Source of the DNA: Chromera velia
Lineage: Eukaryota
NCBI GenBank assembly: GCA_018398765.1
Contig: JAHBMJ010000299.1
Coordinates: forward strand, 113,269-133,268
Direction of reading: 5' to 3'
Length of the DNA stretch: 20,000 nucleotides
The position numbers were made by a program, and so were the translations under genes. The notes beneath the pieces were generated by a model, which was given only the letters and a program-made list of their open reading frames with translations, was not told where the DNA came from and did no database searches. The stretch's first letter is position 1, and every line of letters starts with the position of its first letter. Shown piece after piece: positions 9,349 through 20,000 of the stretch.

Positions 9349-11261
9349 AAATTTTAGTAATATGCATGATTAACAGGAATGCTTAACTGAGATGATTAAC
9401 GTGGCAGAATTTTGCAGCAGGAATGAACAGACAATAACAGGTGATAAGGCTGGGAAATACATCTAGAAATACATGTATGCATGTGTACTGTCCCACTAGA
9501 CCTGGTAAGTTTTGTTTAGACCTAGTCAATGTCTGTGTCACCCCTTAATTTAAAAGTCTTTGAAAACTCTAGTTTAGAAACTAGTTTAGGCTGGTTTGAT
9601 TTACTTTAAAGCTAGCTCTAGGGTACTCTAGGGTTTGCACAACAAAGGTTTTTTTTTTTTGTCTGTTTGTTTTAAAAAAATTAATTAAAGCGTGATTATA
9701 TCAGAATGATACACAGAATCCCAAGGTCAATTATCCCATGCATCCAATTAACCCTCTTCAATTCATTTCACTAGGTTGACTTCAATTGCACGAAAGCCTT
9801 ATTTCTAGCCTCATTTTTTTTTTTATCCAGATACTTATCCACATTAGAATTGTTATGGAATATGACTGCTGCTGCCTTGTCATACTCAATTGTTTTACGT
9901 CCGTTTACCTTGTCTACAGATAGCTAGACACACAGGCAACGTTTGTCTCTTCTCCGTACGATAAGTGGATGTCATACCAGGCAACGCTAGAACAGATCTC
10001 TATTCGATCAATCAATCAATCAGCAAGCGCGACATCTGCATGAAACTGATCGTCTCGCTCGCTCCCCCTAATTCAACCAACGATGCGGAATCATTGCGGA
10101 TATTTGCACATGCCCCACAAGCTGATCGCACGGACACATCATGGTCATACATCTTGCCATACACATGCGCGCTTTCTATAGGAAAGGCCGCCGCAAAGGC
10201 TGCTATCCCACAATACATGCTTCAGCATATAATCATCCTGCTAGCTGGATTGATGCTTAAAGCCTGCATGCCTGCACTCAGACTTTTCAGCTGTCTACTA
10301 TCTGTTCACTTCTCTCACAAGAATCGAAGCTTTGCTGTTCGTTATTGGCTAGGTTATTGGTCTAAAGTCTGAACAATCCCAATTCAACCTAAAATTCAAG
10401 CGATAAATTTACATATAATTTTAAGTTAAACAAAAGATAATCCCCTAAAGTAAAATGACAATTAATCAACTGACAGTTGTTTGCATTACAATTTTCCAAC
10501 TTTCTATGCGTGTGAGTCCGTGTTTGTTTGCAAAGTGCTTGATGCAATACAGTCGCGCTGCCGCGAGCTTGGATAGACTACAACCCCGGGCTCCATCTGT
10601 TTTGTGCTTTTATTAGATTCCTTTCATTTGCTCGCCAGCTTATGCGTTTTCTTTTGACTCAGTCTCGCTTCCTTGGTTTCCGTGTTTTCGTTTTCAAATG
10701 TTGCGCGTGGAGTTGGTATTGCGTCCGGCTGAAAGGCTTTTCTCTATTTGTTTTCATACATGACTCGCGTGTTTGCCTGTCGTTTGCGGACGTGTTTGAG
10801 TGTGCAAATCTCTTTTTGAACACCACTTGAGTGACGGAAGACGGGTTCCTTTTTCTCGCGGCGGGACAAATACCGATGCATGTGTGTCCGTTCTCGTCCA
10901 ACCAACGGCCGTTCCCCTTTCTTTTCCGCTTCCTGAAAACAGATGAACTGATCGATCGCTTGGTTTTCCTTTGGCCTATTCGAGTCAGTGAGAGCGATTT
11001 TTTGTTGACTCTTTTCTTGTTCATGTGTCCTCGTTCTGGGGACTCTGGCCGTCCAACAAAAAACAGACTGGACGGTCGAAACCTATCAGACAATTCATTT
11101 GGCAGGCAGGCAGGCAGGCATACAGGTGACTGGTCAAGCACCGTCTTCACTTTGAGACGATGCTTCCACTTCCTTTGCTTGGCTTCGTCTTCGCCTTCAC
11201 GACCAAGACGATGAGAAAGAAGCATCAAAAGTAGGCGAACTTGCAGTTGAGAGGGACGACC

Positions 11262-12082
11262 TTAAAAGTCGACCCACCAAGCGGCCTTCTCGATGTTGCA
11301 AAAGTTCTCTCCTCTTGGAATCTTGATCACCTGCATCCATCCATGCAGACATGCAACCGTTGTTGTGCATGGCCCCGTTTCGATTGTAGTAACATTAAAA
11401 CGTGAATAAAATAAAAAAGTCACGAAGAATTTGCGTCGAACTTTGATGTTGTCAGCTCGGCAAGAGAGGCATAAGGAACAGTCAGTCAGGAAGAATCGCA
11501 GAATCAATCTTTTCTTCGGTCTCTGAGTTTGGCCATGCATGAGCTCAACTAACCAGACTCACGCGAAGAGGAAGATCAACAGACAGAAATCCACAAGATA
11601 GTCAAGAACCAGTTCTTTCTCTTCTGATGCTGTACTCGCTCACTACCTTCCTCCCTCCCTCACTCACTGACCTGATCTTGTTGGTTCCCCCAGGCAAACG
11701 AATTCCTCACCAGCCAGTAGCTCTTTGTGGTTCCGTCCTTCAACTCGTCGGTGCCGTACCCAACAATGGCCACGGCATGCCCGACCTGCAGGAGACCCGG
11801 CAGTTGCGCAAAGGGCGAATGAGGTGACGACTTGAAGAGCAGACAGTTCATGAGCAGAAAGAGATACGTATCGGAGACGAGCAAGGCTCAAAACAAAACT
11901 TCAAAGAAATTCGTGAAACAGCTCATGCACACCAGACCGCCGAACGGAGCAAGACAGAGAACGCCCAATTTAGAAATGAAGCAAGAAAAATCACCAAGCG
12001 GACAACGCAAAAGTAGATACGTCTATACACGCAGACTGGCTGAATTGACGACCCCACCCCCATAGACACCCACCGAGAGAGA

Positions 12083-12125
<43 letters not shown>

Positions 12126-12614
12126 ACTTCGTAATGGCGCACATCATTTTTTCTGTGGAATTGTTCCTCGTTTCCCATGGCTCAGACTCTCGATTTTCAG
12201 TCAGAGTCATGGACAATTCGAATCTAGTGAATATATCTTAACAAAATTTCATTTGATGCACGCACCTCGTCGGGATTGTTCTTCATGTCGCATTTGCTCT
12301 TCGGGTACAGGTCCGCGTCGACCTTCGCAAGCTTTACAGAGGCTTCCTTCTTGATGCCCACTGCGATGGGTCCCCCCTGTAGGGCCTTGATCATGTCCTT
12401 GACGTGATTCACGGCGGTCTTCTTGAAGGAGACACCAGAGGAGACATACTGCAGCCAGGATAAAATAAATATGCGCTAAGAGATGTATATCAGAACTTTT
12501 CATGTGCCTCCTGGCCGTGTCTGTCATAAGAGACTATGAAACACTAAGTAAGCAAGTAAGTCAGTAACTCTCTCTCTCTCTCTGTCTCTCTCTGTCTCTC
12601 TCTCTCTCTCTTTC

Positions 12615-12654
<40 letters not shown>

Positions 12655-13319
12655 CGTGCGTGCGTGTGTGTATGAGTGAGTGAGTATGTGACAGAGAGGG
12701 GGGCATGCGGCTGCAGAGAGAGGCGGCAGTCTTGCAGATCTTCTGCAAAGTCGGGAAATGCAGATTCGTCCTAGTGCTCAGAAGCGAGGCCGACTCAAAG
12801 AGAAGAGCGAATGGGAGTGGGTGTGCCGTTTCGGCACTGCGGGAATTCTCTGAAGCTCTGGATAGAAAAATGGACGATCTGAAGGTCAAGAGAGCAGTGA
12901 CCCTGAAACCCCAATGGAATCGCCGGCAGTCATTTGCCAAATCGAATGCCAACAGTGTCGGCTTTGCCCTCTGGTCAACCCCCATGTCTCTGTGGAAGAG
13001 TTTCGTGCGCGATCATCCGTTCGTGTACGTGGTCATGTGCGAAGACGAGGGGCTGACCAGATTCGACAAGGCCCTTTTGACAGGGGTGGACATTCTTTTT
13101 TCACTCGCGGTAGGTTTGAAGGAAACCAAACTGTCTCAATGCATGCATGTATCGAACGTGCGCTCTTTGTCCGGGGGCCTTCCCATTGCCAGTGTGTCTT
13201 CGGTTGCTTTCTGGAGTCTCGGCATGACCTCTTTAGCATAACGCGCTGCCATTCCGCCTCTCTTTTGTGCGAGTGCAGACATGCATGTGCGTGTATGTGC
13301 ATGTGTGTGTATGTGCATA

Positions 13320-13390
<71 letters not shown>

Positions 13391-15609
13391 CCGCATCTGA
13401 AGATTCAAACCAGCCAGCTGACCCTCGTGGGGTTCAGAGTTCCTTCGTCCCCCAAAGAGATGATTCCCTCGTCGTCTGTCTTGACGTTGCAGGAAAACGC
13501 GGGGTTTTCGCTTTCCACCACTGCTCTCTCAACGTTGTACACCCCGAGATCGTCGTGTCCAGCAGTGGCTCCCTTCAGGCTCTTGATGTACCCAAGTCCT
13601 CTGCATTCATGGAGGAAGGTGCACACACGTATTTGGGCATGGGTATTTGTATGTATGTACGCATCTCTCTGTGGGGATGGATGGCCGTGTGTATTTGTAT
13701 GTCTCGGCGTTCATGCACGTTTAGGCATGCGTTTATGTGTGCTTTGGCGTGTTTGTTTCTGATCACCATGCCTTTTCGTTCTCTCCGTGTTGGCAAGTAA
13801 GATCTGCGAACGGCTCGAACGTGTCTCTACACTGCTACTCGTGTGAAGACTGTTTGTAGACGGCATGGATTTGGACATCGAAGCCTTGGTGAAATTTTGT
13901 TTGGGGGGGGGGAGTGAAGCACACAAATCTGTCTTGAGAAAAGATCCTACGCCCAGAAGACGCATAAATCATATGCATTCACTTGCCTGTAAGTCGGGTG
14001 CAGTCCCACGACCACAGCGTACTGCATGGGGCCGTCGGGCTCTCCAAGACTGCATCCTCTCGACTTGGAGAACCAGAAGGATTTGTTCTTCCACTGCTTT
14101 CCTCCAATGGCGCTGGCCGTCTCTTGTAGAGCCTCCCAGCGCGCACAATCCATAACTTCCTGCAGAGCCGAAAGAAGAAAGAAGAAAATCAGTGACAGAA
14201 TCAGGCGCACACCAATCCTCCTTTTCATCAGAACAGAAACCTCGAAAGACGTTCAAAGAGATGGCGCTGCCATCCCAATGATCGTCACACGACTCCAACT
14301 CTGCATGAGAACTATAGACAGACCTGCACTACAGCCTTTTGAGACATGGCATCCAGACTGGGAGTCCCGTCGTTCAGCGCGATGGCGTGACGACCGGCAA
14401 TCGTCGCAACGGCGGCCCAGGCGTAGCAGCTGTTGCAGAGACCTCCTTGGAGTCCTGCAGGCAGGCAGGCAGGCAGGCAGAATGACAGGCAGACGGTAGG
14501 AGTTTTTGGAATTCTCTTTTCGAATGGAAAAGGCAATCATGTTGCTGTCACCTCTTACTTCATCTCTGAAACGAACGACCGCACACAGACGTACACAGAG
14601 GGCAAAGCAGAACGACACCCACGCACCCATTCACATACGTACACGCACCTGGACGAACACATGCGTGCACGCCCAGAAAGAGAGACAGGCGGATTGATGA
14701 ACGGACGGACGGACGGACAGACGAAGAGACGGACGGAGGGACGGACAGAGAAAGAGACGGACAGACGGCTGGATGGACGGACGAACGGACGGACGGACGG
14801 ACAGACGAAGAGACGGACAGACGGACGGACGGACAGAGGAAGAGACGGACAGACGGACAGACGGACGAACGGACAGACGGACGGACAGACGGCCGGCCGG
14901 CCGGCCGGACAGACGGACGGACAGACGACTACAAAGTCACCCATTCACTGATTGTGGAACACCAACGAGCATGCGTGGAGAAACCGTCCAGACAGCCGAA
15001 ATCAGGGAACCAGCTAGGCGAATCGAAATCAATCACCGAAAAAATGACCGAATATGCATGCAGTGTATTTTTCCCGACCACTCTCTTTTCGCATCCTTCT
15101 CCGTATGTAGGGCTGCATGTGTGCGTGCAAACATACGAAGAGAAAAGGCTTCAAATGTGTAAATGAATCTATACATGCATGCAGCCGACATGTATATATA
15201 TGAAAATGCATGTACTCATGGACTCGCGGAGATTCTAGATTTGCACATCTGTTCCTCACGCACCGGCAGGAGGGACGTTGGCACGGAAGTTTTGAGAGTC
15301 TGTGCAGTCGTCGCACAAATCTGCAGGCCTCTGGTTGGCTGACAGGAACGAGGCAGCGGTGAGGGATGCGGGTGCGTCTTCTTCGTCGGTGTCAGTGGTC
15401 TCCCCGACCTCTTCCGCCGTAAGTTTGGGCTCGTCCATGCGCCTGGTGAGGATGGATGCTTCATAGTTCTCCTGTGCTTCCGAGTGCGTCGAAGAGGCGA
15501 GGCTGTTGGGGGCGGTGGCGTGGATGGACTTGAGGAAGGACGAGGTGCTCACACCGACGTGGAGGAGACACAGCAGGGCCGTCAAGCGGCGAGGTCGCAG
15601 GCAAGACAT
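11262..15609 (-). CDS. Papain-family (C1A) cysteine protease, ~397 aa, probable signal peptide. Exons 15609-15264, 14454-14324, 14159-13987, 13600-13423, 12448-12266, 11785-11672, 11330-11262
   Basis: QGGLCNSCYAW (oxyanion Gln, catalytic Cys), QEVMDC..GCSLG, GPIAVGI, GHAVAIVGYG (His), YWLVRNSF (Asn), KIPRGENFCNIE. The exons total 1194 nt and join in one frame to a TAA. Hydrophobic N-terminus RRLTALLCLLHVGVSTS. Alternative in-frame ATG at 15621. Confidence 0.9.
12087..12124. repeat. (GA)n microsatellite, intronic
   Basis: Read directly from the sequence. Confidence 0.95.
12568..12690. repeat. Compound (CT)n-(GT)n-(GCGT)n-(GAGT)n microsatellite, intronic
   Basis: Read directly from the sequence. 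Confidence 0.95.
12738..13109 (+). other. Exon-like open frame nested antisense in protease intron 4; resembles a membrane-protein segment (HP...TR..hydrophobic helix)
   Basis: Stop-free 124 codons between TTGCAG| and GCG|GTAGGT, ending LWKSFVRDHPFVYVVMCEDEGLTRFDKALLTGVDILFSLA. The protease splices in frame without this segment. Confidence 0.5.
13285..13390. repeat. (GT)n/(GTGTAT)n microsatellite, intronic
   Basis: Read directly from the sequence. Confidence 0.95.
14701..14927. repeat. Degenerate GACG/GACA tetranucleotide repeat in protease intron 1
   Basis: Read directly; similar repeats occur at ~520-590 in a channel intron. Confidence 0.92.
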
Positions 15610-16153
15610 GTCAGTAAGCATTCTGAACAGAGTCGCAAGAGACCAGTGATGTCAGTGTAAAGTGGTACTCCAAAGAGAATCTCACACAGGGTTTAAAGTG
15701 TAGCTTGTGCAGAGCTGGGGGAACGTTCGGCTTCTTTCTCTGAAAGGGGGACCAGTACGATCAATCGGAGTTGGAACTTGCGAACTTTCTCTCTTTCTCA
15801 ATCAGTGAGTAGAGAATGGCCGAAACGGTTTGATTCAGGTGTCACAAGTGCCTGTCGCGATGAAGACACTTTGAAGTTCCAGAATCCAGTCTTTATCCAA
15901 TATATATGATGTGCATGCGACTAGATCGTGCTGTGTCCGCCTGTCCATTAGGTAATCTCACTTATAAAGCGACATTTTTGAGCTTGGATGGGACAGCCTG
16001 ACTGTAGACGGATGGCTAGACGGATGGCTGCCTGACCTGGCCATGCGCGCATGTGCGTGCGTCATAGAACATTGCACATGCATGCAGTCGCACAGATACC
16101 AATCTGTTGCCACCGTCTCTCTCTGTTCTCTTCTTCTTCCCCACCAATCTCAA

Positions 16154-17102
16154 ATGAAAAGTGGCACAGAAGCTACGACATTCAAAACGAAGACCAGATC
16201 TGATATCATGATAATTTTCCGCCAGATGATGGCTCGTCCTCTACCTCCTTTACTCTATGAAAGTTGGCAGCGGGTAAGTGCAGGAATATGTGACTGGGTA
16301 GAGAGAGAAGAAGTTGAACGCGTGTTGAGAGGAAGAGATGTAGAAGTGGGAAGCCAGAAGGTAGTCCGAGACGATCACGTAAATCATGTGTTGCTGGAAG
16401 TGCATGACGTCGCCTGGAGAAACTCTCCGGATATGGTGTGGAATGGAAACGGCAGGCCTACGGGATGGAGGAAAGAAAGCTAAACAGCTTGCTGCTGCTC
16501 GCGTGTTCGGTTTGGGAAAACTCAAAGATTTTTTCTTTTATTTCTCGTCAGAGCCAGGGAAAGGGACACCGTGGCTATCTTGTTTAGACAGAAGCAGCGT
16601 GAGGGTGTATGTGGTGGATGTTGTGAAATCACAGACGGTCTCCTACGAAGTGGAGGCTGATTTCACAGGTGCCCTTTATGCAATAGAATATGCAAGAGGG
16701 CAGATTATGAAATGGACCCGTCCTTTCAAGAAAATCTAAGTGCGGGGCGCATTCATAGGAAGGGGGGAGATGGAGAAGCTAGAAGAAGAGACCATGAGAG
16801 GTCTCGTTTTTACCTATGGGCCCGAGTAGAAGGCTCGGATGGTCGATGAGGATGGAACATGGCTCTATGGATTGCCCTTGTTGTAGGCGTATGTGTGTGG
16901 CTGCTGTTTTCGTTGTGGGGGGTATGTGAAAGAGTGTGGTGGTACAAGAAGTTGTTTGGTGGTTCTTCCCTCTTTGTCTCCCCGTAGAGGCGTTGGATGG
17001 CCTCGCAATGCATGTGATATCTGCCGAAGAGACCCCAGAAACGTCGGGTACCTGCAGGATGGTCAGTATGCTGCCCGTGCAGAAGCTTGTGCAGAGACTT
17101 AA
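16154..17102 (+). pseudogene. Intronless decayed ORF of unknown function with a C-terminal Cys cluster; probably mobile-element or virus derived
   Basis: First frame is open 16154-16483. After one frameshift (~16440-16480) a single frame runs to 17102 through only three stops (TAA 16737, TAG 16827, TAG 16884) and ends in CGCCFRC..C..C...CDIC. Pyrimidine-rich leader before it, AT-rich tail after it. Confidence 0.55.
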
Positions 17103-17277
17103 TTTAGAAAATAACAGATATTTGAATGTTTTTATATTTTTTGTGGGTCATTACTGAGTTCTCTATTTAAAATAAAATTTATACTTGTATGGCTGATTTC
17201 TATCTATTTTTTTAGAGATTTGTTGTTTTTTTCTCTATAGAAAGTCCCTACGATGTCTATTTATGATTGAGATTACC

Positions 17278-17487
17278 TATAATGCATGCATGCGTTCGAT
17301 CGTTCGTCCGATCGATCGAATTTAACGGCCGCCGGGCCGGCGGGCCGCGCGCGGATCCGGCTGGTCGGGGGGCCATGCTATATAAATCGCGCGATCGACT
17401 TGCGCCCCCATGCATGGATGCATGCATGCATGCACAAGTGGATGGCGCAAAAACTCCTATATATAGCTGATCAGCCTAGGTCAGGCA
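17278..17487. promoter_or_regulatory. CpG-rich, palindrome-dense island with a TATA-like box
   Basis: TATATAAA at 17379-17386, multiple 8-10-bp perfect palindromes and TGCATGCA runs; function is inferred. Confidence 0.45.
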
Positions 17488-18634
17488 AATTTGTGCATGG
17501 CGGACTCGACCCTTTCTGCAGGCCGAATATGTACACCGCAGAGGTCCTTCACAAATTTGAGGCATGCTCTGCATGGCTTATGTAGACGGAGGGAAACGTA
17601 CAGAGATTTGCCCTCTTTCTGGAGAGACACAGAGAAGAAAGACTGCAACGTTACCCTTCTCCCAAGACAAATATATATATCCTTGTTTGCAACGCGATGG
17701 AGATTTTGTCCTTGGTTGCGATACAAGCAGTCATCAATCTTCCCATCTTCGGACGATTTTTTTAGAGGAAAAGTAAGGAGATCTGGCAATATTTCTGATC
17801 TTGTCCGTGTCCAAGTCGTGTAGACAAAATGAAAAAAAGAGAACATCACTTGTCGATGCGATTTCGTATTGCAAAGCCACTAGTCATCCTGACCTTCGCT
17901 TTCTGCTATGTTTCTCCAACCCACGGAACCGGTCCGTCCAGCCTCTTTCCCCAGATTTCGCACCGGATTTCTAAATGGTTTCCCCTGCCACCCCACACCC
18001 TCAAGGAAAGCAATCATTCGTATCATTTTCCTGCCGCAACACTTTTTTTCAAATCTTCTGCGTATCCTGCTGAAATCGCACACATCTGTATGCAGACTTG
18101 AAGGTCGCGGTTGCCCAAGGGTCGACCTGTGCTTATGGAACGCTCTCGGGAGAGATGATGTGTGAGTCTTTGGGGGAGAGGATAAGACAGCGACTGGGTG
18201 GACGAGTTTTCAAACCATCGTGTACACATTTGTGTCGCAAAGCGTGTGAAGGACTGCGGGCGCCCAGGTAGACAGTGAATGACTTGTTGGAGCCAAGAAA
18301 AGACATTTAGAATTTTGTGGCCCGCTCTCGCATGTGAGTCCCGCCTGACCTATCTCCCTTCTCACCAGAGATACTGCGGGAATTCCAGAGCCTCTGACTG
18401 ACCGTTGCTTCCCGTCTCCGCCATCGCTTGGGCCCTGTTTATGCTTCAACCTCGCCATCATTTTTTGCCCCGGTGCCAGAATAATTTACAGATATCTCCG
18501 TGTGTCTCTCTGGATGTAGCGAAGAAAAAGAGATCAAAAGATGCTGTCAATCAATTTTGTAGCCAATGATGTCCGGCAGAAGCGAGGAATAGTACTTGTA
18601 ACTTTTCCTTCTGATACCAATTTGACATGCGCAG

Positions 18635-19031
18635 GTTGGGGCAGAAACTCCAACGGACAGCTCGGCATCGGCTCCTCAACAACTCTCTCCGCTCCCACGC
18701 CAAACAAACCGGTCAGTCAAAAGTAAAAGTTGCAGTGAAAAGCTTGTCATCCTTTCCTTCTCAGAAGCAGCTGATGCATGCATGTTCGCTCATGAACCCT
18801 CCCACCCACCCAACGTGAATGCACGCAGACGGACCTGGGATCAGACTTCCCAGTGATCACCAAAATCGTCGGGGGACTCCAACACTTCTGCGCCGTGGGA
18901 AAACACCAAAATGTCGGCAGCTCTGTGACGCCTCGGAGGGCCAAGTGCTGGTCAGTCTGGATGCCTCTCTTTCTTTCTCTCTCTTTGTCCCCCCCCGCTT
19001 CTCTCTATCTGTCTCTCTCTCTCTCTCTCTC

Positions 19032-19082
<51 letters not shown>

Positions 19083-19182
19083 GCGAGCGCGCGTGCGTGT
19101 GCGTGTGCGTGTGCATGTGCGTGCGTGTGCGTGTGCGTGCGTGCGTGCGTGCGCGTGAGTGAGTGAGTGAGTGAGTGAGTGA

Positions 19183-19229
<47 letters not shown>

Positions 19230-20000
19230 TGTGTGTGTGTGTGTGTGTGTGTGTTCAATCGAGAGGGGAATCGAAAGCAAAAAAGCTCTCGTTCCAATCG
19301 ATGTGTGCAATGTCCGTTGCTTCTCTTTGAGATTCAAGGAGCCAATTTCCGCTTCTATTAGGAGCAAAAAGAGAAGTGAATCACTGATGGACAGGACAGT
19401 CCCAGAACCGGGTTTGGAATTCATTACTCGAAGTGTCGTTATCGTTATACGTGGATATCAGGCATTTGGGGTCATCTAATCCAGCTAGTATCTCCTGCCA
19501 TCCGTTTCTCTCCCTATCCTGTGCAGGGGGAGGGGGACAGAGGGACAGCTGCGACCGGGAGGATCGGGAAACGCAGGAATGAGTAGTTCTAGGTCTGTTT
19601 GTTTGGTTGTTTGATTGCTTGTTTGTTTCTCTTCTCTCTCTTCTTTTGTCCTGGACTCTTATATTCTCGCATTCGCTCCTGCATCTTCTTATAGTTTGCT
19701 TCCGTGCAACCTGTCAGCAGCACCACTTCTGTCTCCGTACGTATATATCCACCATTCGTCAAGCCGGAGGTCTGTTCCTCGGGAATTGATAGAGCTGACC
19801 GGATGAGTGCAAAGAGAAGGTAGCACAACGTGTGTGATCTCACTTGACAGGATTTACATCCCCATTTCAATCCCTGTTTCGCTTTCCTGGAAAGTTCTTC
19901 TCTTCTCTGCTCTTCTTCTCTTTGCAGTATCGGGGACTCGCTTCCGTTTGCCCTCGAGAACGCAGGGAGTGCCGTGGATGAGGACGACACTGCAGTGACA
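18635..20000 (+). CDS. RCC1-repeat (beta-propeller) protein, partial. Exons 18635-18711, 18829-18950, 19527-19592, 19928->20000
   Basis: Spliced translation WGRNSNGQLGIG..P|TDLGSDFPVITKIVGGLQHFCAVG..AKCW|GRGTEGQL..SS|IGDSLPF. GT-AG introns have compatible phases (0,2,2). The 5' end was not found. Confidence 0.85.
19001..19254. repeat. Compound (CT)n-(GT)n-(GCGT)n-(GAGT)n-(GA)n microsatellite, intronic
   Basis: Read directly from the sequence. Confidence 0.95.

Noticed and set aside
9965..11228. ORFs 9965-10372, 10012-10218, 10659-11228 and 10831-11214
   Set aside because: No recognisable domain or splice pattern; likely intergenic DNA or protease 3' UTR.
14940..15013. Possible extra protease exon
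   Set aside because: Exon 1 splices directly to 14454 in phase 1, giving NVPPAGLQGGLCNSC; the extra exon breaks phase or motif spacing.
16029..17487. 10-bp inverted repeat TGCCTGACCT/AGGTCAGGCA as transposon TIRs
   Set aside because: Short, no target-site duplication, and a similar GCCTGAC word occurs elsewhere nearby (15996, 18343).
17481..17849. Minus-strand ORF with LYVS..PCRAC resembling a zinc deaminase PCxxC motif
   Set aside because: No upstream HxE motif in frame; probably chance.
12914..19479. Long ORFs rich in CV/HT/RTDG repeats (e.g. 12914-13762, 14433-14951, 18819-19424)
   Set aside because: Artefacts of stop-free microsatellites in introns.

Overview
Intron-rich eukaryotic DNA with microsatellite-filled introns, frequent TGCATGCA motifs and an RCC1-repeat gene of the 'CWG..GQL..GD.LP' type. 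These point to an alveolate, probably a chromerid such as Chromera; the organism is inferred, not shown. Contents, left to right: (1) the 5' part of a minus-strand Slo/BK-type K+ channel gene (5 exons, running off the left edge); (2) a 4.0-kb non-autonomous LTR element (5342-9348) with TG..CA LTRs, a 4-bp TSD, a PPT and no recognisable pol, whose LTRs differ almost only by transitions; (3) a complete 7-exon, ~397-aa atypical papain-family (C1A) protease gene on the minus strand, with one GC-AG intron and an opposite-strand exon-like ORF nested in another intron; (4) ~2.4 kb of decayed, intronless, probably mobile-element-derived sequence around a palindrome-dense CpG island; (5) a plus-strand RCC1-repeat gene running off the right edge, with no clear 5' end. 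I cannot demonstrate a new system. The best leads are the LTR element, the nested antisense exon, the divergent protease and the pseudogene/palindrome block.
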